Shown: positions 30,089-40,800, counted from the first letter of the stretch. The stretch is 64,000 nucleotides of DNA from Acidobacteriota bacterium (GCA_963664705.1 OY761556.1:416001-480000); one strand, 5' to 3'. Notes: a model not told the origin generated them from the sequence alone. Program-made: numbers and translations.

Positions 30089-30155
30089 TTTGGAGCGGGC
30101 CGTTTGCTGCCGCCTTATAGAGCCGAAAGATGGTGGCAATCCACCGTTCTTCCAA
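30089..30155. repeat. Degenerate REP-like palindrome
   Basis: TTGGAGCGGGCCGTTTGCTGCCGCCTT...AAAGATGGTGGCAATCCACCGTTCTTCCAA, related to the 2071 and 54156 copies. Confidence 0.5.
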
Positions 30156-30167
30156 GGCCTTCAACAT

Positions 30168-30207
30168 AAAAAAAGGCTGGCGATCGATATGATTGCCAGC
30201 CTTTTTT
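30168..30207. terminator. Bidirectional intrinsic terminator after the AOR gene
   Basis: AAAAAAAGGCTGGCGATC-gatat-GATTGCCAGCCTTTTTT. Confidence 0.85.
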
Positions 30208-30224
30208 AAATTGGGATTCAGCAG

Positions 30225-32267
30225 CTATGCTTTACCGAGCTTGCCCTTGGACTGCAGGACGTCGGCGACCTGCTTCATGCCGAGATCCTCGAGCGTCTTG
30301 CGTTTGGGATAACCCGAATCCGGGTCCCAGCCCTCGATCTTATAGAAGTGAGTCTTAAACTGATCGACTCCTTCCCTGGTGAAGTAGAGTTCCTTGCAGT
30401 TTTGGAACTCCCATTTATCACCGTTGAGGATGGGCAACGTCTGGGCATATCCGCAATAGGAGGCGCCGGGCCTGTAGTAATAGCCCGAGAAATTCTCCAT
30501 CTTTTTGTGTCTGCCCTGCATCACGAAAATCGCCCGCTTTAAAGTCCATGCGCGTCGGCCAATCTCCAATCCATCGTTGAAGGAATGGTTTCTTCCGGTG
30601 ATTGCATTGAGGAACGTGGGTTCGGCGGTAGGAGTGCGCCCGTTGTTGAGCTGGCAGTATCCCCAATCGCAGAAGCCGACCGATTCCTTGTAATAGTTCC
30701 AGTAGTGTTGGTGCCAGGCGACCCATTCGGCTTTGTGTTTGGAATAGATGCCCGTCTTATACGCCTGATCCCCTTGCCAGGTATAATCGAACCAGAGCGG
30801 TTCGTTCCTTAGCGTGCCGGCCGCATAGTTTTTCACACTCTGTTCAGCATCCCCTCGCCCCCAGCTGATATCGTGGCTGTTGATATCTCTGGAATCGAGC
30901 AGATTGCCGTAAGCCCATTCGACTCCGGGCATGGACCAGTGATCCATGAATCCCCACATTGTCTGGCGAGCCAGAGTATTGAAGTCATCGGTTCTTCCAA
31001 TCGCTTCAACCAGGCGAGCTGTTCCCTCTCCGAGGAGCTTGCCAAAGCCTTCTCGGTTGGCGATCGCCCGGCCATACATCTCCATGAATTCCTGGCTTGG
31101 GAATTTTTCCATTGGAAGAGGCGCCGTGTCGAACTTGGTGCCGGGGCCGATGATCTTCATCTCATACATCTTCATCATGTACCAGCCGAGCGCGGAGTAG
31201 GCGGGAATATTCGGCTGAATCGGGAATTCCTTGTTGTGGGCAGTCGGGAATGACATCGGACCCTGGAAACAGGTTTCCATGCCATTGATTCCAAACTGCT
31301 GAATGATGTCGGTCCCTTTCTGATTGATGTCGCGCGGGAGTTGCACACCGTTGGACTGTTCTTTCGTAATGGAGAACCATGTCGATTCCGCGCAATCGTC
31401 GGAATCCGCACTGTAAGCCCGGTTTCGCGTGTGGCACATTCTGCTGCCCATGCCGCAGCCCGCGCAGCATGAGGAAACATCATTGGCTCCGCCGCCAAAC
31501 CCGCCGCCGCCGGGAGTGCCGCGGAAATACTTTTCCTTGGCATCAACAAGCGCTTTGGGATCGGCTATTTTGAGACTGCCGGAGCCTACGACCGCAACGG
31601 CTTTCAGGTTTTTTGAACCGAAAACGCCGCCAAATCCACCCTGACCGGCGCCACTGCCGCCGCCATGTACGAGGGAAGCAACTCTCGTCATGTTTTCACC
31701 GGCCGCTCCAATCGTGACGATTGCGGGTCTTTGCAGCGTAAATCCGCCATCCAACTGCTGCCAATCCGTTCCGTAGCGAACGCCTGTTCTCTTCCAGATT
31801 TCCTCCTGGCATTTCCAAGTGGTCATGCCCCATAAATCTTTGGCGTCTTCCAGGGTCACTTTGTCGTCAACGATATTGATGTATACAGGAGAGTCCGCTT
31901 TGCCTATCACTGCCACGCCATCCCAGCCGGCCAGCTTCAGCATCGTAGAAAACGTGCCGCCGAAATTGCTGTGACACCACCACTGGATTGGATAACACTG
32001 CGGAGACATACCCGATACGCTTGTGCGGGCGGCAAAAGGAATTCCTGAACCCGATACGGCTCCAGTCATCAGGAAAACCATATTCTTGGGATGAAAGGCA
32101 TCCTGAAGATCCCATTCTCCCGGTGCTACGCTGAATTCCCAAAAAAGGGCGGTGGAGGTGCCATGACCGCCGCCATACATTTCATACTTTGCGGTATCCA
32201 GTCTTGTAATTTGTTTTGTCGAAAGGTCTACCAATAAAATCTTTCCACCGAATCCTGGTGTTGCCAT
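30225..32267 (-). CDS. Aldehyde ferredoxin oxidoreductase (AOR, tungstopterin family) catalytic subunit
   Basis: GKILLVDLS, SNFGG-LKLAGWDG, IGAAGEN, GGVFGSKNLKA, CAGC, GFC and GWD-GYP-TLEDLG motifs. Confidence 0.88.
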   Translation of the reverse strand: MATPGFGGKILLVDLSTKQITRLDTAKYEMYGGGHGTSTALFWEFSVAPGEWDLQDAFHPKNMVFLMTGAVSGSGIPFAARTSVSGMSPQCYPIQWWCHSNFGGTFSTMLKLAGWDGVAVIGKADSPVYINIVDDKVTLEDAKDLWGMTTWKCQEEIWKRTGVRYGTDWQQLDGGFTLQRPAIVTIGAAGENMTRVASLVHGGGSGAGQGGFGGVFGSKNLKAVAVVGSGSLKIADPKALVDAKEKYFRGTPGGGGFGGGANDVSSCCAGCGMGSRMCHTRNRAYSADSDDCAESTWFSITKEQSNGVQLPRDINQKGTDIIQQFGINGMETCFQGPMSFPTAHNKEFPIQPNIPAYSALGWYMMKMYEMKIIGPGTKFDTAPLPMEKFPSQEFMEMYGRAIANREGFGKLLGEGTARLVEAIGRTDDFNTLARQTMWGFMDHWSMPGVEWAYGNLLDSRDINSHDISWGRGDAEQSVKNYAAGTLRNEPLWFDYTWQGDQAYKTGIYSKHKAEWVAWHQHYWNYYKESVGFCDWGYCQLNNGRTPTAEPTFLNAITGRNHSFNDGLEIGRRAWTLKRAIFVMQGRHKKMENFSGYYYRPGASYCGYAQTLPILNGDKWEFQNCKELYFTREGVDQFKTHFYKIEGWDPDSGYPKRKTLEDLGMKQVADVLQSKGKLGKA

Positions 32268-32288
32268 AATCTCTATCCTCCGTTTCCT

Positions 32289-33032
32289 TTATGCCCCTGC
32301 CTTGGGTTTAGGTTTCGCGCCGAATCCTCCGGGTCCGCCCTTTGGAGCAGGAGGCGCCAGGTTGACTTCGTATCCACCAGTTTCCAATGGAAGCTTATCC
32401 ACTACCTTCAGAACTTGTTTGGGGCAAGCCTCAACGCAAGCTTGGGCTCCGGTAACGCCACCCTTCCTGTTGAAATAGGGTGTATTGGTGCATAGATCGC
32501 ACTTCGTCGATTTATTGGCCTTTGGATTCCAGATGGTGCGATGAGGAGTTTGCGGACACATTCTAATGCAAGTTTGGCAACCAACGCATTTTTCGGCATC
32601 GATCATTCTGATGTTGCCGTTTTCGGCGCTGACATGGCAGGCGCCCGTCGGACAATACTTCACGCAGGATGGATCAGGACATTGTTTGCATACATGGGTG
32701 ATAATGTCTGCGGGATATTCATTGAGAACTGCCCGATGCATTTGAATTCGGGACAGTGACAAGCTTACCTCTCCATCGTGAGCCATAGAGCAGGCTATCA
32801 TGCAGCCGTAGCAGCCGGCACAGTGTTTCGAGTCATAAACCAGATATTTGGTTGAAAGCGGATAGTTACCCTTGTCTTCAGCAGCAGCGGCCGCAGCCGG
32901 CGCAGCCGTTGCCAGGGTTGCTAGAGCTCCGCCGGCGATAGCGGTTCCGCCACCGACGACGAAATCACGTCTAGAGAATTTCTTTTTGTTTTCTTTGCTG
33001 CCTAGAGCATTTTTCTCCTCAGCCATGGACAC
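32289..33032 (-). CDS. Tat-exported 4x[4Fe-4S] ferredoxin (DmsB/NrfC type), AOR partner
   Basis: SRRDFV twin-arginine signal; CxxCxxCxxxC, CxxCxxPxCxxxCP, CxxCxxCxxxCP and CxxC..CxxxCP motifs. Confidence 0.9.
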   Translation of the reverse strand: MSMAEEKNALGSKENKKKFSRRDFVVGGGTAIAGGALATLATAAPAAAAAAEDKGNYPLSTKYLVYDSKHCAGCYGCMIACSMAHDGEVSLSLSRIQMHRAVLNEYPADIITHVCKQCPDPSCVKYCPTGACHVSAENGNIRMIDAEKCVGCQTCIRMCPQTPHRTIWNPKANKSTKCDLCTNTPYFNRKGGVTGAQACVEACPKQVLKVVDKLPLETGGYEVNLAPPAPKGGPGGFGAKPKPKAGA

Positions 33033-33157
33033 CTCTTTGTCTATTTCTAGTTACTACGAGTATGTGCTTATTTTATATCACTCAAAGTGTTAAGTCATTA
33101 TTTTCACGAAATGTCTGGACCATTGTGGTCCTATATCGATTGGAATGCCGACCGAAT

Positions 33158-33730
33158 TCAGGTATGCCGCGGGGAACGCTGGTGGATTTGAAATCCGGCT
33201 GCGCTCAACTGATTTCTGTAAAGAGCGCGGAGGGAGGAAAGGTACTCCTGATAATGACTTGACTTGTAGTCGGGAAATGTCCAGGGAAAGTCCTGCCATC
33301 TCTTTGACTGGTAATGCAGCGTCACTTCCGCGTAAATCCCTTTTGAAACCAAAATTCTGTGAAAAAAGTTCTTCGTGGAGGCCAGCACCACTTTGGATTG
33401 CTCGATATATCCCGGATCGAGGTTTATGGGACGGAGCACGCCGAGATTCCGTGCCGCGAAGTCTGTTTCCATTGCATTTGTCGCTATTTTGACATCGGCA
33501 ATTTCGGAAGCATCGATCATCCGCGTGAAGGCAAAAAAGCACCGATGGATGGGGTTTCCCATCTCTGCGTCATAGTAGTTTGTCTGGTCAAACAGGAAGA
33601 GATCGCTTTTCGAGTCGACCGACCCGAAAAGCCCGCTTAGCCTTGCTTCGATTTCAGGCAGCAGGGAAGGGATTGACGTAAGAATTCCTACAAACAGCTT
33701 GACCGGGAGCGGAGTGCGAATGTCTGCCAT
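33158..33730 (-). CDS. DUF4416 family protein
   Basis: TNYYDAEMG, RPINLDPGY, LASTKNFFHRI, GIYAEVTL and PWTFPDY motifs. Confidence 0.85.
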   Translation of the reverse strand: MADIRTPLPVKLFVGILTSIPSLLPEIEARLSGLFGSVDSKSDLFLFDQTNYYDAEMGNPIHRCFFAFTRMIDASEIADVKIATNAMETDFAARNLGVLRPINLDPGYIEQSKVVLASTKNFFHRILVSKGIYAEVTLHYQSKRWQDFPWTFPDYKSSHYQEYLSSLRALYRNQLSAAGFQIHQRSPRHT

Positions 33731-33752
33731 AGGTTCAGTGGAGAATACGGTG

Positions 33753-34439
33753 TTATCTCAGGTATTGTGTTGGATCCGGGACCCCTGCCTGCTCAAATCC
33801 GCGGCGGCGGAGAACACAGGAGTCGCAGCCTCCGCAGGCCAGCCCTTCCGGCGACGGATCATAGCAACTGTGGGTGAGCGAGAAATCCACGCCGATCTCT
33901 ATGCCCGCCAGAATAATTTCGGCTTTGCTCATGTGCAGCAACGGAGCATGGATTTTGTACCGGGAAGCCCCTTCCACTCCCGCCTTGGTTGCCAGGTTGG
34001 CCAGCGTTTCAAAGGAATCTAGAAATTCAGGCCGGCAGTCAGGGTATCCGGAATAGTCGACGGCATTGACGCCAATGAATATGTCCTGAGCTTCCAGAAC
34101 CTCGCACCATCCGAGAGCAAAGCTCAGAAAAATCGTATTGCGCGCGGGGACATAGGTGACGGGGATGCCGGAAGCGATGTGCCCGGCATCCCGGTTCTTT
34201 GGCACTTCTATTTCCGATGTCAGCGCTGAGCCGCCGAATACGCGCAGATCTATTTTGGCGATGACATGGTTCCTGATGCCCAGCGATTGCGCAATGTTCC
34301 TTGCGGCCTGCAATTCGTAGTGATGCCGCTGGCCGTAATCGAAACTAAGCGCATAAATTTCAAATCCCTGTCGTTGTGCGAGAGCCAGGACGGTACTGGA
34401 ATCCAACCCGCCGCTGGTCAATACTACAGCTTTTTTCAT
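33753..34439 (-). CDS. queC: 7-cyano-7-deazaguanine synthase
   Basis: [32 protein letters not shown] and HSCY...CGGCDSC motifs. Confidence 0.97.
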   Translation of the reverse strand: MKKAVVLTSGGLDSSTVLALAQRQGFEIYALSFDYGQRHHYELQAARNIAQSLGIRNHVIAKIDLRVFGGSALTSEIEVPKNRDAGHIASGIPVTYVPARNTIFLSFALGWCEVLEAQDIFIGVNAVDYSGYPDCRPEFLDSFETLANLATKAGVEGASRYKIHAPLLHMSKAEIILAGIEIGVDFSLTHSCYDPSPEGLACGGCDSCVLRRRGFEQAGVPDPTQYLR

Positions 34440-34505
34440 CTCTTTTGCCCGTTCGAGTCTTCGAGTCTTTGCCTGTTCGGGTTACAATAGTCCATTTTTG
34501 GAGAA

Positions 34506-36455
34506 ATGATGCTTCAAATCAAGGGGCTCGGTAAAGCATTTCGTGGCGAGTGGCTGTTCCGCTCTCTCGATTTCCAGGTTAACGATCAGGACAGAATCGG
34601 ACTTGTTGGAGATAACGGGACCGGGAAATCGACGCTCATGAAAATCCTGGCCGGACTCACCGCCGCCGATGCGGGCGATGTGATCGGAGCCAAAGACCTG
34701 ACATTTGGCTATCTGCCGCAGGATGGTCTGTTCGCGCAGGGGCGCACTCTCCTGGAGGAAGTGCTTTCTGTTTTCGAGTCCCTGCGGACAATGGAAAAGG
34801 AAATTGGGCAGTTGGAACACGAGTTGGCCGAAATGCAGCATTCCGGGGCCGAGTACGAAAAAAAGATGGAGCGTTACTCCGTCGTTTCCCAGCAGTTCCG
34901 ATTGAAGGACGGGTATTCCCTCGAAGCCCGGGCGGGGTCTGTTCTGCTCGGTCTCGGGTTTTCACCCCAGGATTTTCAGCGGCCGTGCCAGGAATTCAGC
35001 GGCGGGTGGCAGATGCGCATAGCCCTGGCCAAACTCCTTTTGCAGCAGCCGAGCCTTCTTCTCCTGGATGAGCCGACAAATCATCTGGATCTCGAGGCGA
35101 GGAACTGGCTCGAAAGCTATCTGAAAAATTACCCGCATGCCCTGGTTCTGGTATCGCACGACCGGTATTTTCTCGACGCATCCGTGGAAAGGGTATTGGA
35201 AATCCGGAACCGCGGCGTTCATTTCTATAAGGGAACCTATACAGATTTTCTCCATCAGCGCGAGGAGCGGATTGCGCAGCTTGTCGCCGAATATGAAGCC
35301 CAGCAGAAAGAAATTGCCCGGATAAAAGCGTTTGCCGAAAAATTCCGCTACAAGGCCACCAAGGCAGCTCAGGTTCAGAGCCGCCTGAAAGACCTTGAGC
35401 GCATGGAAAAGATCGAGCTTCCCCCGGAGACCAAGCCGATCCGGCTTCGTTTTCCCGAAGGACCCAGGACAGGCCGTGTCGTGCTCGAACTGAATAATGT
35501 TACCGCCGGATATGGGGCATCTCCCGTTTTTTCTAATCTGAACTATATCCTGGAAAAAGGGGAGCGTGTCGCCCTCGTAGGGCCGAATGGAGCGGGGAAA
35601 TCAACCATGATGAAGATGCTTGCCGGCCGTCTTCCTTTGATGGAGGGGGAGCGGAAGGAGGGGCACAACGTGATGGTCTCCTATTTCTCTCAAGATCAGG
35701 ATGACCTTCTTGCATCGAATAAGACGGTCTGGGATGAGGTCTATTCCGTCGCGCCCAACCATATTGTCCCCCAATTGCGAACGCTTCTCGGTTGCTTTCT
35801 TTTTTCCGGAGATTCCATTGAAAAGCCTGTGTCGGTTTTGAGCGGCGGCGAACGAAGCCGTCTGGTTCTGTGCAAGCTCCTTCTGTCGCCGGCCAACTGC
35901 CTTCTTTTGGATGAACCAACAAACCATCTCGATATCCGGTCCAAAGACATCCTGATGGACTCACTGCGCGATTACGAGGGAACCCTTGTTTTCGTAAGTC
36001 ACGATCGATACTTCCTGGATGGACTGGCTACCAAGGTGCTGGAGATCGGAAGCCAGACCGCGACAACATACCTGGGCAACTACGAGGACTATCTATTAAA
36101 GAAAGCCGAACAGGAAAAGGCCCAGGAATCAGCCATCAATGCCGCTGAAGCCAAAGCTCTATCCCAATCCGAGCCACAGAGGCAGGAGACGGAAACGGTT
36201 GTAAAAAAGAAGAAGGTGAACCCCTATCGGATCCAGCAGGTCAAGACCCAAATCGAGAAACTGGAGGGACAAATCCACTCCCACGAAACACGTGTCGCTG
36301 TCCTCAACCAGATGCTTGCTTCCGAAGAGCTTTACCGCGACCATCAGCTCTTTCGCTCCACCATGGAGGAGCATGACCGGCTGGAAAAGGAGCTCGAAGG
36401 ATTCCTGGCTCAATGGGAGGATTTGAACACGGAACTGGAATCCATGCAGAATTAG
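34506..36455 (+). CDS. ABC-F family ribosome-associated ATPase
   Basis: Two ABC domains (GDNGTGKST, GPNGAGKST; FSGGWQMR, LSGGE; LDEPTNHLD twice), no TM segments, C-terminal coiled coil. Confidence 0.95.
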   Translation: MMLQIKGLGKAFRGEWLFRSLDFQVNDQDRIGLVGDNGTGKSTLMKILAGLTAADAGDVIGAKDLTFGYLPQDGLFAQGRTLLEEVLSVFESLRTMEKEIGQLEHELAEMQHSGAEYEKKMERYSVVSQQFRLKDGYSLEARAGSVLLGLGFSPQDFQRPCQEFSGGWQMRIALAKLLLQQPSLLLLDEPTNHLDLEARNWLESYLKNYPHALVLVSHDRYFLDASVERVLEIRNRGVHFYKGTYTDFLHQREERIAQLVAEYEAQQKEIARIKAFAEKFRYKATKAAQVQSRLKDLERMEKIELPPETKPIRLRFPEGPRTGRVVLELNNVTAGYGASPVFSNLNYILEKGERVALVGPNGAGKSTMMKMLAGRLPLMEGERKEGHNVMVSYFSQDQDDLLASNKTVWDEVYSVAPNHIVPQLRTLLGCFLFSGDSIEKPVSVLSGGERSRLVLCKLLLSPANCLLLDEPTNHLDIRSKDILMDSLRDYEGTLVFVSHDRYFLDGLATKVLEIGSQTATTYLGNYEDYLLKKAEQEKAQESAINAAEAKALSQSEPQRQETETVVKKKKVNPYRIQQVKTQIEKLEGQIHSHETRVAVLNQMLASEELYRDHQLFRSTMEEHDRLEKELEGFLAQWEDLNTELESMQN

Positions 36456-36494
36456 TTTGCGTTTCGCCCGCGGAGATGTGCTATCCTGACCTTT

Positions 36495-36672
36495 CATCGG
36501 CCTTGGGGCAGTACTACAGCCATGCGCTCATTGGGATGGTGAATGCCGTCTCCCAGTTTCAAGCCCCCCAGGATTGATCCATTTAGAATTCAAATAGTCC
36601 CGAAGCATGAGTACTTCCTGGGCTGTTAGAACAGTTGAGGCTGGTTCTCATGGCACAGGCATTTGGTCGATG
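36495..36672 (+). ncRNA. Candidate structured ncRNA (~178 nt), possibly 6S RNA
   Basis: Extended -10 (TGcTATCCT, 36479-36487) just upstream; ends pair (CATCGGCC/GGTCGATG); nested stems GCCATG/CATGGC and CCCAGGA/TCCTGGG; no credible ORF. Confidence 0.4.
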
Positions 36673-36729
36673 GTTCTTTATGCCGGGGAGTGTTGACATA
36701 GCTTTTTCGGCTGTGTGTTAAGGAGGGAA

Positions 36730-37152
36730 ATGTCGAGAAAATATCGTCAGTCCGGCTACCAGGATAGTGACCGGGACAGGGAAAAAAGACCCAAGCCGCC
36801 TCCTCGTCCAAAAGGATCGGGAGGAAGAGTGGAAACCAAGTTCCATCTGGTTACGCGCTGTAATAATTGCGCGTCCGAAATCCAGGTGGAGGGGGATAGC
36901 ATCCGGGTAACGGACCAGTGCAAGAAGTGCGGCACGGATCTGCATACATGCCGAAATTGTATGAATTTCGATCCATCAGCCCGCAACGAGTGTACGAAGC
37001 CTGTCGAGATCCGGGTCATGAACAAAAGCGTGAACAACCTCTGCCCTTCTTTTGATCCCAAGGTGCTCATTGAAAAGCAGGGAAGTGGCGCCGCACCGCC
37101 CAAAGTAGTGGATAGCCACCGTCAAGCCTTCCTCGATCTGTTCAAGAAATAG
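36730..37152 (+). CDS. Hypothetical Cys-rich (zinc-finger-like) protein
   Basis: AGGAGGG RBS; CxxC..CxxC..HxCxxC..C..C pattern; C-terminal AFLDLFKK. Confidence 0.8.
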   Translation: MSRKYRQSGYQDSDRDREKRPKPPPRPKGSGGRVETKFHLVTRCNNCASEIQVEGDSIRVTDQCKKCGTDLHTCRNCMNFDPSARNECTKPVEIRVMNKSVNNLCPSFDPKVLIEKQGSGAAPPKVVDSHRQAFLDLFKK

Positions 37153-37261
37153 CGGACATTCCTGCCAAATGAGTTTTAAGTCTTTGAGTTCGGCTACAAA
37201 TGTGTAGGGCCGCACTCAAAGACCCAAAACTCTTGTATTTCAATCCGGGCTGATCAGGTAA

Positions 37262-37699
37262 TTACTGTTTTGTCAGCTGCGATGTGCAATGGGGGCATCG
37301 CGAAGCGGGTATCGGTATGGCCGAAGCGCAGAACGGGCAGTCCTTGGTCGTGGGGGCTGCTGCCTCAGGCTGGCGCTTGAATCTGTTGACTTGCTTCACA
37401 AGCATGAATATCGCAAATGCGATCAGCAGGAAATCGATTATCGTGTTGATGAAAATACCGTAATTCAGTGTTGCGGCTCCCGCTTTTTTCGCGGCTTCGA
37501 GCGTCGGGAGATGTTGCCCCGATAGATCGATGAAGAGACTGCTGAAATCAACTTTGCCCAGCAGCAGACTGAATACTGGCATCAAAACATCGCCCACAAA
37601 CGAACTTACAATCTTGCCGAAAGCCGCTCCAATGATGATCCCTACCGCCATGTCGAGGACATTCCCCTTCATAGCGAATTCCTTGAACTCCTTCAACAT
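37262..37699 (-). CDS. mscL: Large-conductance mechanosensitive channel with a C-terminal zinc-ribbon extension
   Basis: [30 protein letters not shown]; [12 protein letters not shown]; tail CPFC-x10-CPHC. Confidence 0.96.
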   Translation of the reverse strand: MLKEFKEFAMKGNVLDMAVGIIIGAAFGKIVSSFVGDVLMPVFSLLLGKVDFSSLFIDLSGQHLPTLEAAKKAGAATLNYGIFINTIIDFLLIAFAIFMLVKQVNRFKRQPEAAAPTTKDCPFCASAIPIPASRCPHCTSQLTKQ

Positions 37700-37740
37700 A
37701 TCGCTCTCCTTCCGTGGATTTTGAAATAGTGCGGATATCC

Positions 37741-37771
37741 TACTCCTAGGATCTTAGAAAATCTAGGAGTA
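37741..37771. promoter_or_regulatory. Inverted repeat upstream of mscL (possible operator)
   Basis: TACTCCTAG-N13-CTAGGAGTA. Confidence 0.4.
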
Positions 37772-37780
37772 AGAAATCAA

Positions 37781-37872
37781 AAGGCAGCAGCAGGAAATAG
37801 GAATCAGGGAGCAATAGGTCAGAAGCAAAAACACTCTGTCTCCTGTCTCCTGACTCCTGACTCCTGTCTCCT
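37781..37872. repeat. Heptamer repeats (CTCCTGT/CTCCTGA)n with a degenerate inverted arm
   Basis: Same family as 3063-3252. Confidence 0.75.
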
Positions 37873-37878
37873 TGCTTC

Positions 37879-40800
37879 TTACTCCTTCTTCAGCTGTTTC
37901 CCGTAGAGCTTCAAAAAGTAATCGATTGTTTCGACTCGCAGCCGGATAGAACCCGTCGGTCTGTTTTCGTCGATGTCCTTAAATGCGAAATAGGGCGTTC
38001 CGGACGTTTCGATGATCTTTTCGATGGTGGAGTATATAGGCGCGTCGTGGCCGCATTTAAAGTTGGAGAGTTCCACGGCGATCAGGTTGGGATGGCGTGC
38101 TGTGAATTTCGCGGCCCATAGCTTATTGGCACTGTTGGCGGAGAAGGTGTGTTTCCACACATCACTTACATCCAGCGGGCTTTCGATTATTCCCTCCCGG
38201 ACCTCCTCCCCGAACAGGCGTTCGAGAATATCTGAATCGAGCGGTAGGGTTGCCTGGGAAAAGACGGGGTATCCGCGCTTCTGCAACTCGTCAGGGATTC
38301 CGAGGTTAATACCCGGATCATGGTGATAGGGGCGTCCCAGCAGGACGATGCCTACATTTCCTTCCTTTTCGAGATTGTCGATAATTTCGCGGGCTTTTTT
38401 CCGGACATCCGCTTCATATCTGTTCAACGCCTCATAACCGGCGTGAACGGCGGCCAGGTTTTCTTCTTTAGACAAATCGAGCAATGGTTGCCAGACGGCG
38501 AACAACTGCCGGGCCAGGAGGTCCGGCTTGGACATGTCCAGCAGCGGATTCAGATAGGCAACGCCGTTTTCGGCAAACAGGTCGGACTCTTTTGTGAAAG
38601 CGGCGCGAACGACTTCAGGTGTCAATGCCGTTGTCGGGCAGGCATTGCTGGCCCGAATCTTCAGCGGAGAACGCAAGACATCAAACATCGGGAAAAAGAT
38701 ACAGTCCAACTTCTGGCGACGGTGTTTTTCAAATAGCAGATTATGGACATGAGCCAGTCCCAGCTTGGAGGGATAGCAGGGATCAATCGCTCCTCTTTTG
38801 GACCCAACCCGGAACATCTCCTCGGTTGTAAAATCAGAATAAACCATATTGCCGGATGGAATTCCGAGTGTTTCAAAATAGACCTGGAATAGCGGGGCAT
38901 AGGCGTACATCCCCAGCACTCTCGGGATACCAATTCTGATTTTATCTCGAAGCGCGGCGGCTTTCTGAGTCAGGGATTTCCCGGGATGCCCATTTTCGGG
39001 TGCATGGAATCTCCATATCTCCCGGCCGGCATATTCGAGCAGATTGGGATTGGATTCGCGCGCAGCGTCCAGCGTTGCTTGGATGGCTTTCATCGCGCCC
39101 AAATCCTCAACCGTGCCTTTTTCGCATGTGGCGACGATCAGCCGTCTGGTGCCGTTTTCAGCGTCCGCGGTTCCGTCCGGTGCTTCGATATCAATGAAGG
39201 TACGGAGACAGTGATTTTTGCAGAAGCGGCAGCGGGTTTCTTCGCCGACGGTAGTCTTGTACTTAATGTTGCGAACGCCGTTTAGTCCGATAAATGATGT
39301 CTTTCGCCCCTGCTCCCACAGGGTCATGGCTTCAAAAGCCGCACCAATGGCGCCGGCTTCTCCTGCGTGCTTATGGACGATGATTTCAGGCGTCACTCCG
39401 GATTTTTCAAAGCGCTGGAGAATGAAGTCAACCTCGGCTTTAACAGCGGCGAGATTGTTCTGGGTCCCGCCCTGCAGAATGAATCGTTTTCCGAGTTCGG
39501 GCAGATTGGGGATTTTGGCAATGTATAGCCAGACATTTTTGGGCAGCACGGCTGCAAGCCCGGCAAGTATTTCGTTCGGCTTCCAGCCCTGTCCCTGGAA
39601 ACTGGCAATGTCTGCCTGAAGGAATACCGCACATCCATAGGGGAAGACGGGCATCTGGCGGGCAGTGAATGCCACGTTGGCAAACTGCTCGACCTTGTAG
39701 CCGAAGTTTTCAGCGATGGCCTGCAGAAAATAGCCGTTTCCGGCCGAGCACTGGGTGTTGAGCTTAAAGTCCTTTACGCGCCCGTCCTTCAGAATGATCA
39801 GCTTGATATCCTGTCCGCCGACATCGACGATGGCATCCGGCGCCCCGTAATAATGCAGCGCGGACTTTGTGTGGGCAACCGTTTCCACCAGGGCCACATC
39901 CGCACAGATTACATCCCGCAGGGTGTCCTTGGCGTATCCCGTGGTCGCCGCCCCAAGGACCTCGATGCTGGCTCCCTGAGATTCGACCTGGCCGCGCAGT
40001 TTTTCGAGGATCTCAACGGTGTCCGCGATCGGGTTTCCTTTGGAAAGCTGATAAGCTCTTGCAAGCACCTCCCCTTCCAGCGAGAGAAGAACGGCTTTGG
40101 TGGACGTGGATCCGCCATCGATTCCGATAAACCCTCTGGCTACATCGCCGGGATTGAACTTGGGTGGCGTAAAGGGCGGCGGAGCATATTTTTTCAGAAA
40201 CTCCTGAACCTCTTCCTCCGATTCCGCCAGGGCTCGCGTTCCGAGCCCGCTTTTGCTTTTGCCTTCCGTGCGTCCGCTATGGAGGCCACGGAGTTGAGTG
40301 AGTCCGAGGTATTGGCCGACTTCCGGTTCTTCCTCCTTGCCAAATTCCGCTGCCCCGAGAGCGCCAAAATACTCGGCATCCTGAGGTGCGCGGATTACCT
40401 GTTCCGCTGTCATGCCCGCCGGGATCTCAATTCCTCGTTCCTGCCACATGAGCGTCACATTATGTTGCCAGGCCTCGCGCATGCCGGGAATAAATGCATT
40501 GGGACCGCCGAGCAGAAGCACATGCGGCAGCAGCGTATGCCCGCGGGCCAGCACCTTCAGGTTTTGGAGTACGAATGCTTCGAACAGGGAGGCCATCAAT
40601 TCGTTGGCGGGGATCCCCGATTTCTGAAGTCCGTTGATGTCGGTTTCCGCAAATACTCCGCACTTGCCGGCTACCGGATGGACGCGAATGCCGGAATAAT
40701 GCAATTTACCCAGATCTTTGAGCGGAATCCCGACTTTCATGCTGATTTTATCGATGACGGCGCCCGTGCCTCCCGCGCACTTGTCATTCATCGAAGGGAC

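Noticed and set aside
34440-34505. preQ1 riboswitch upstream of queC
   Set aside because: The spacer is only 66 bp, shared with a divergent gene, and shows no recognisable preQ1 stem or A-rich tail.
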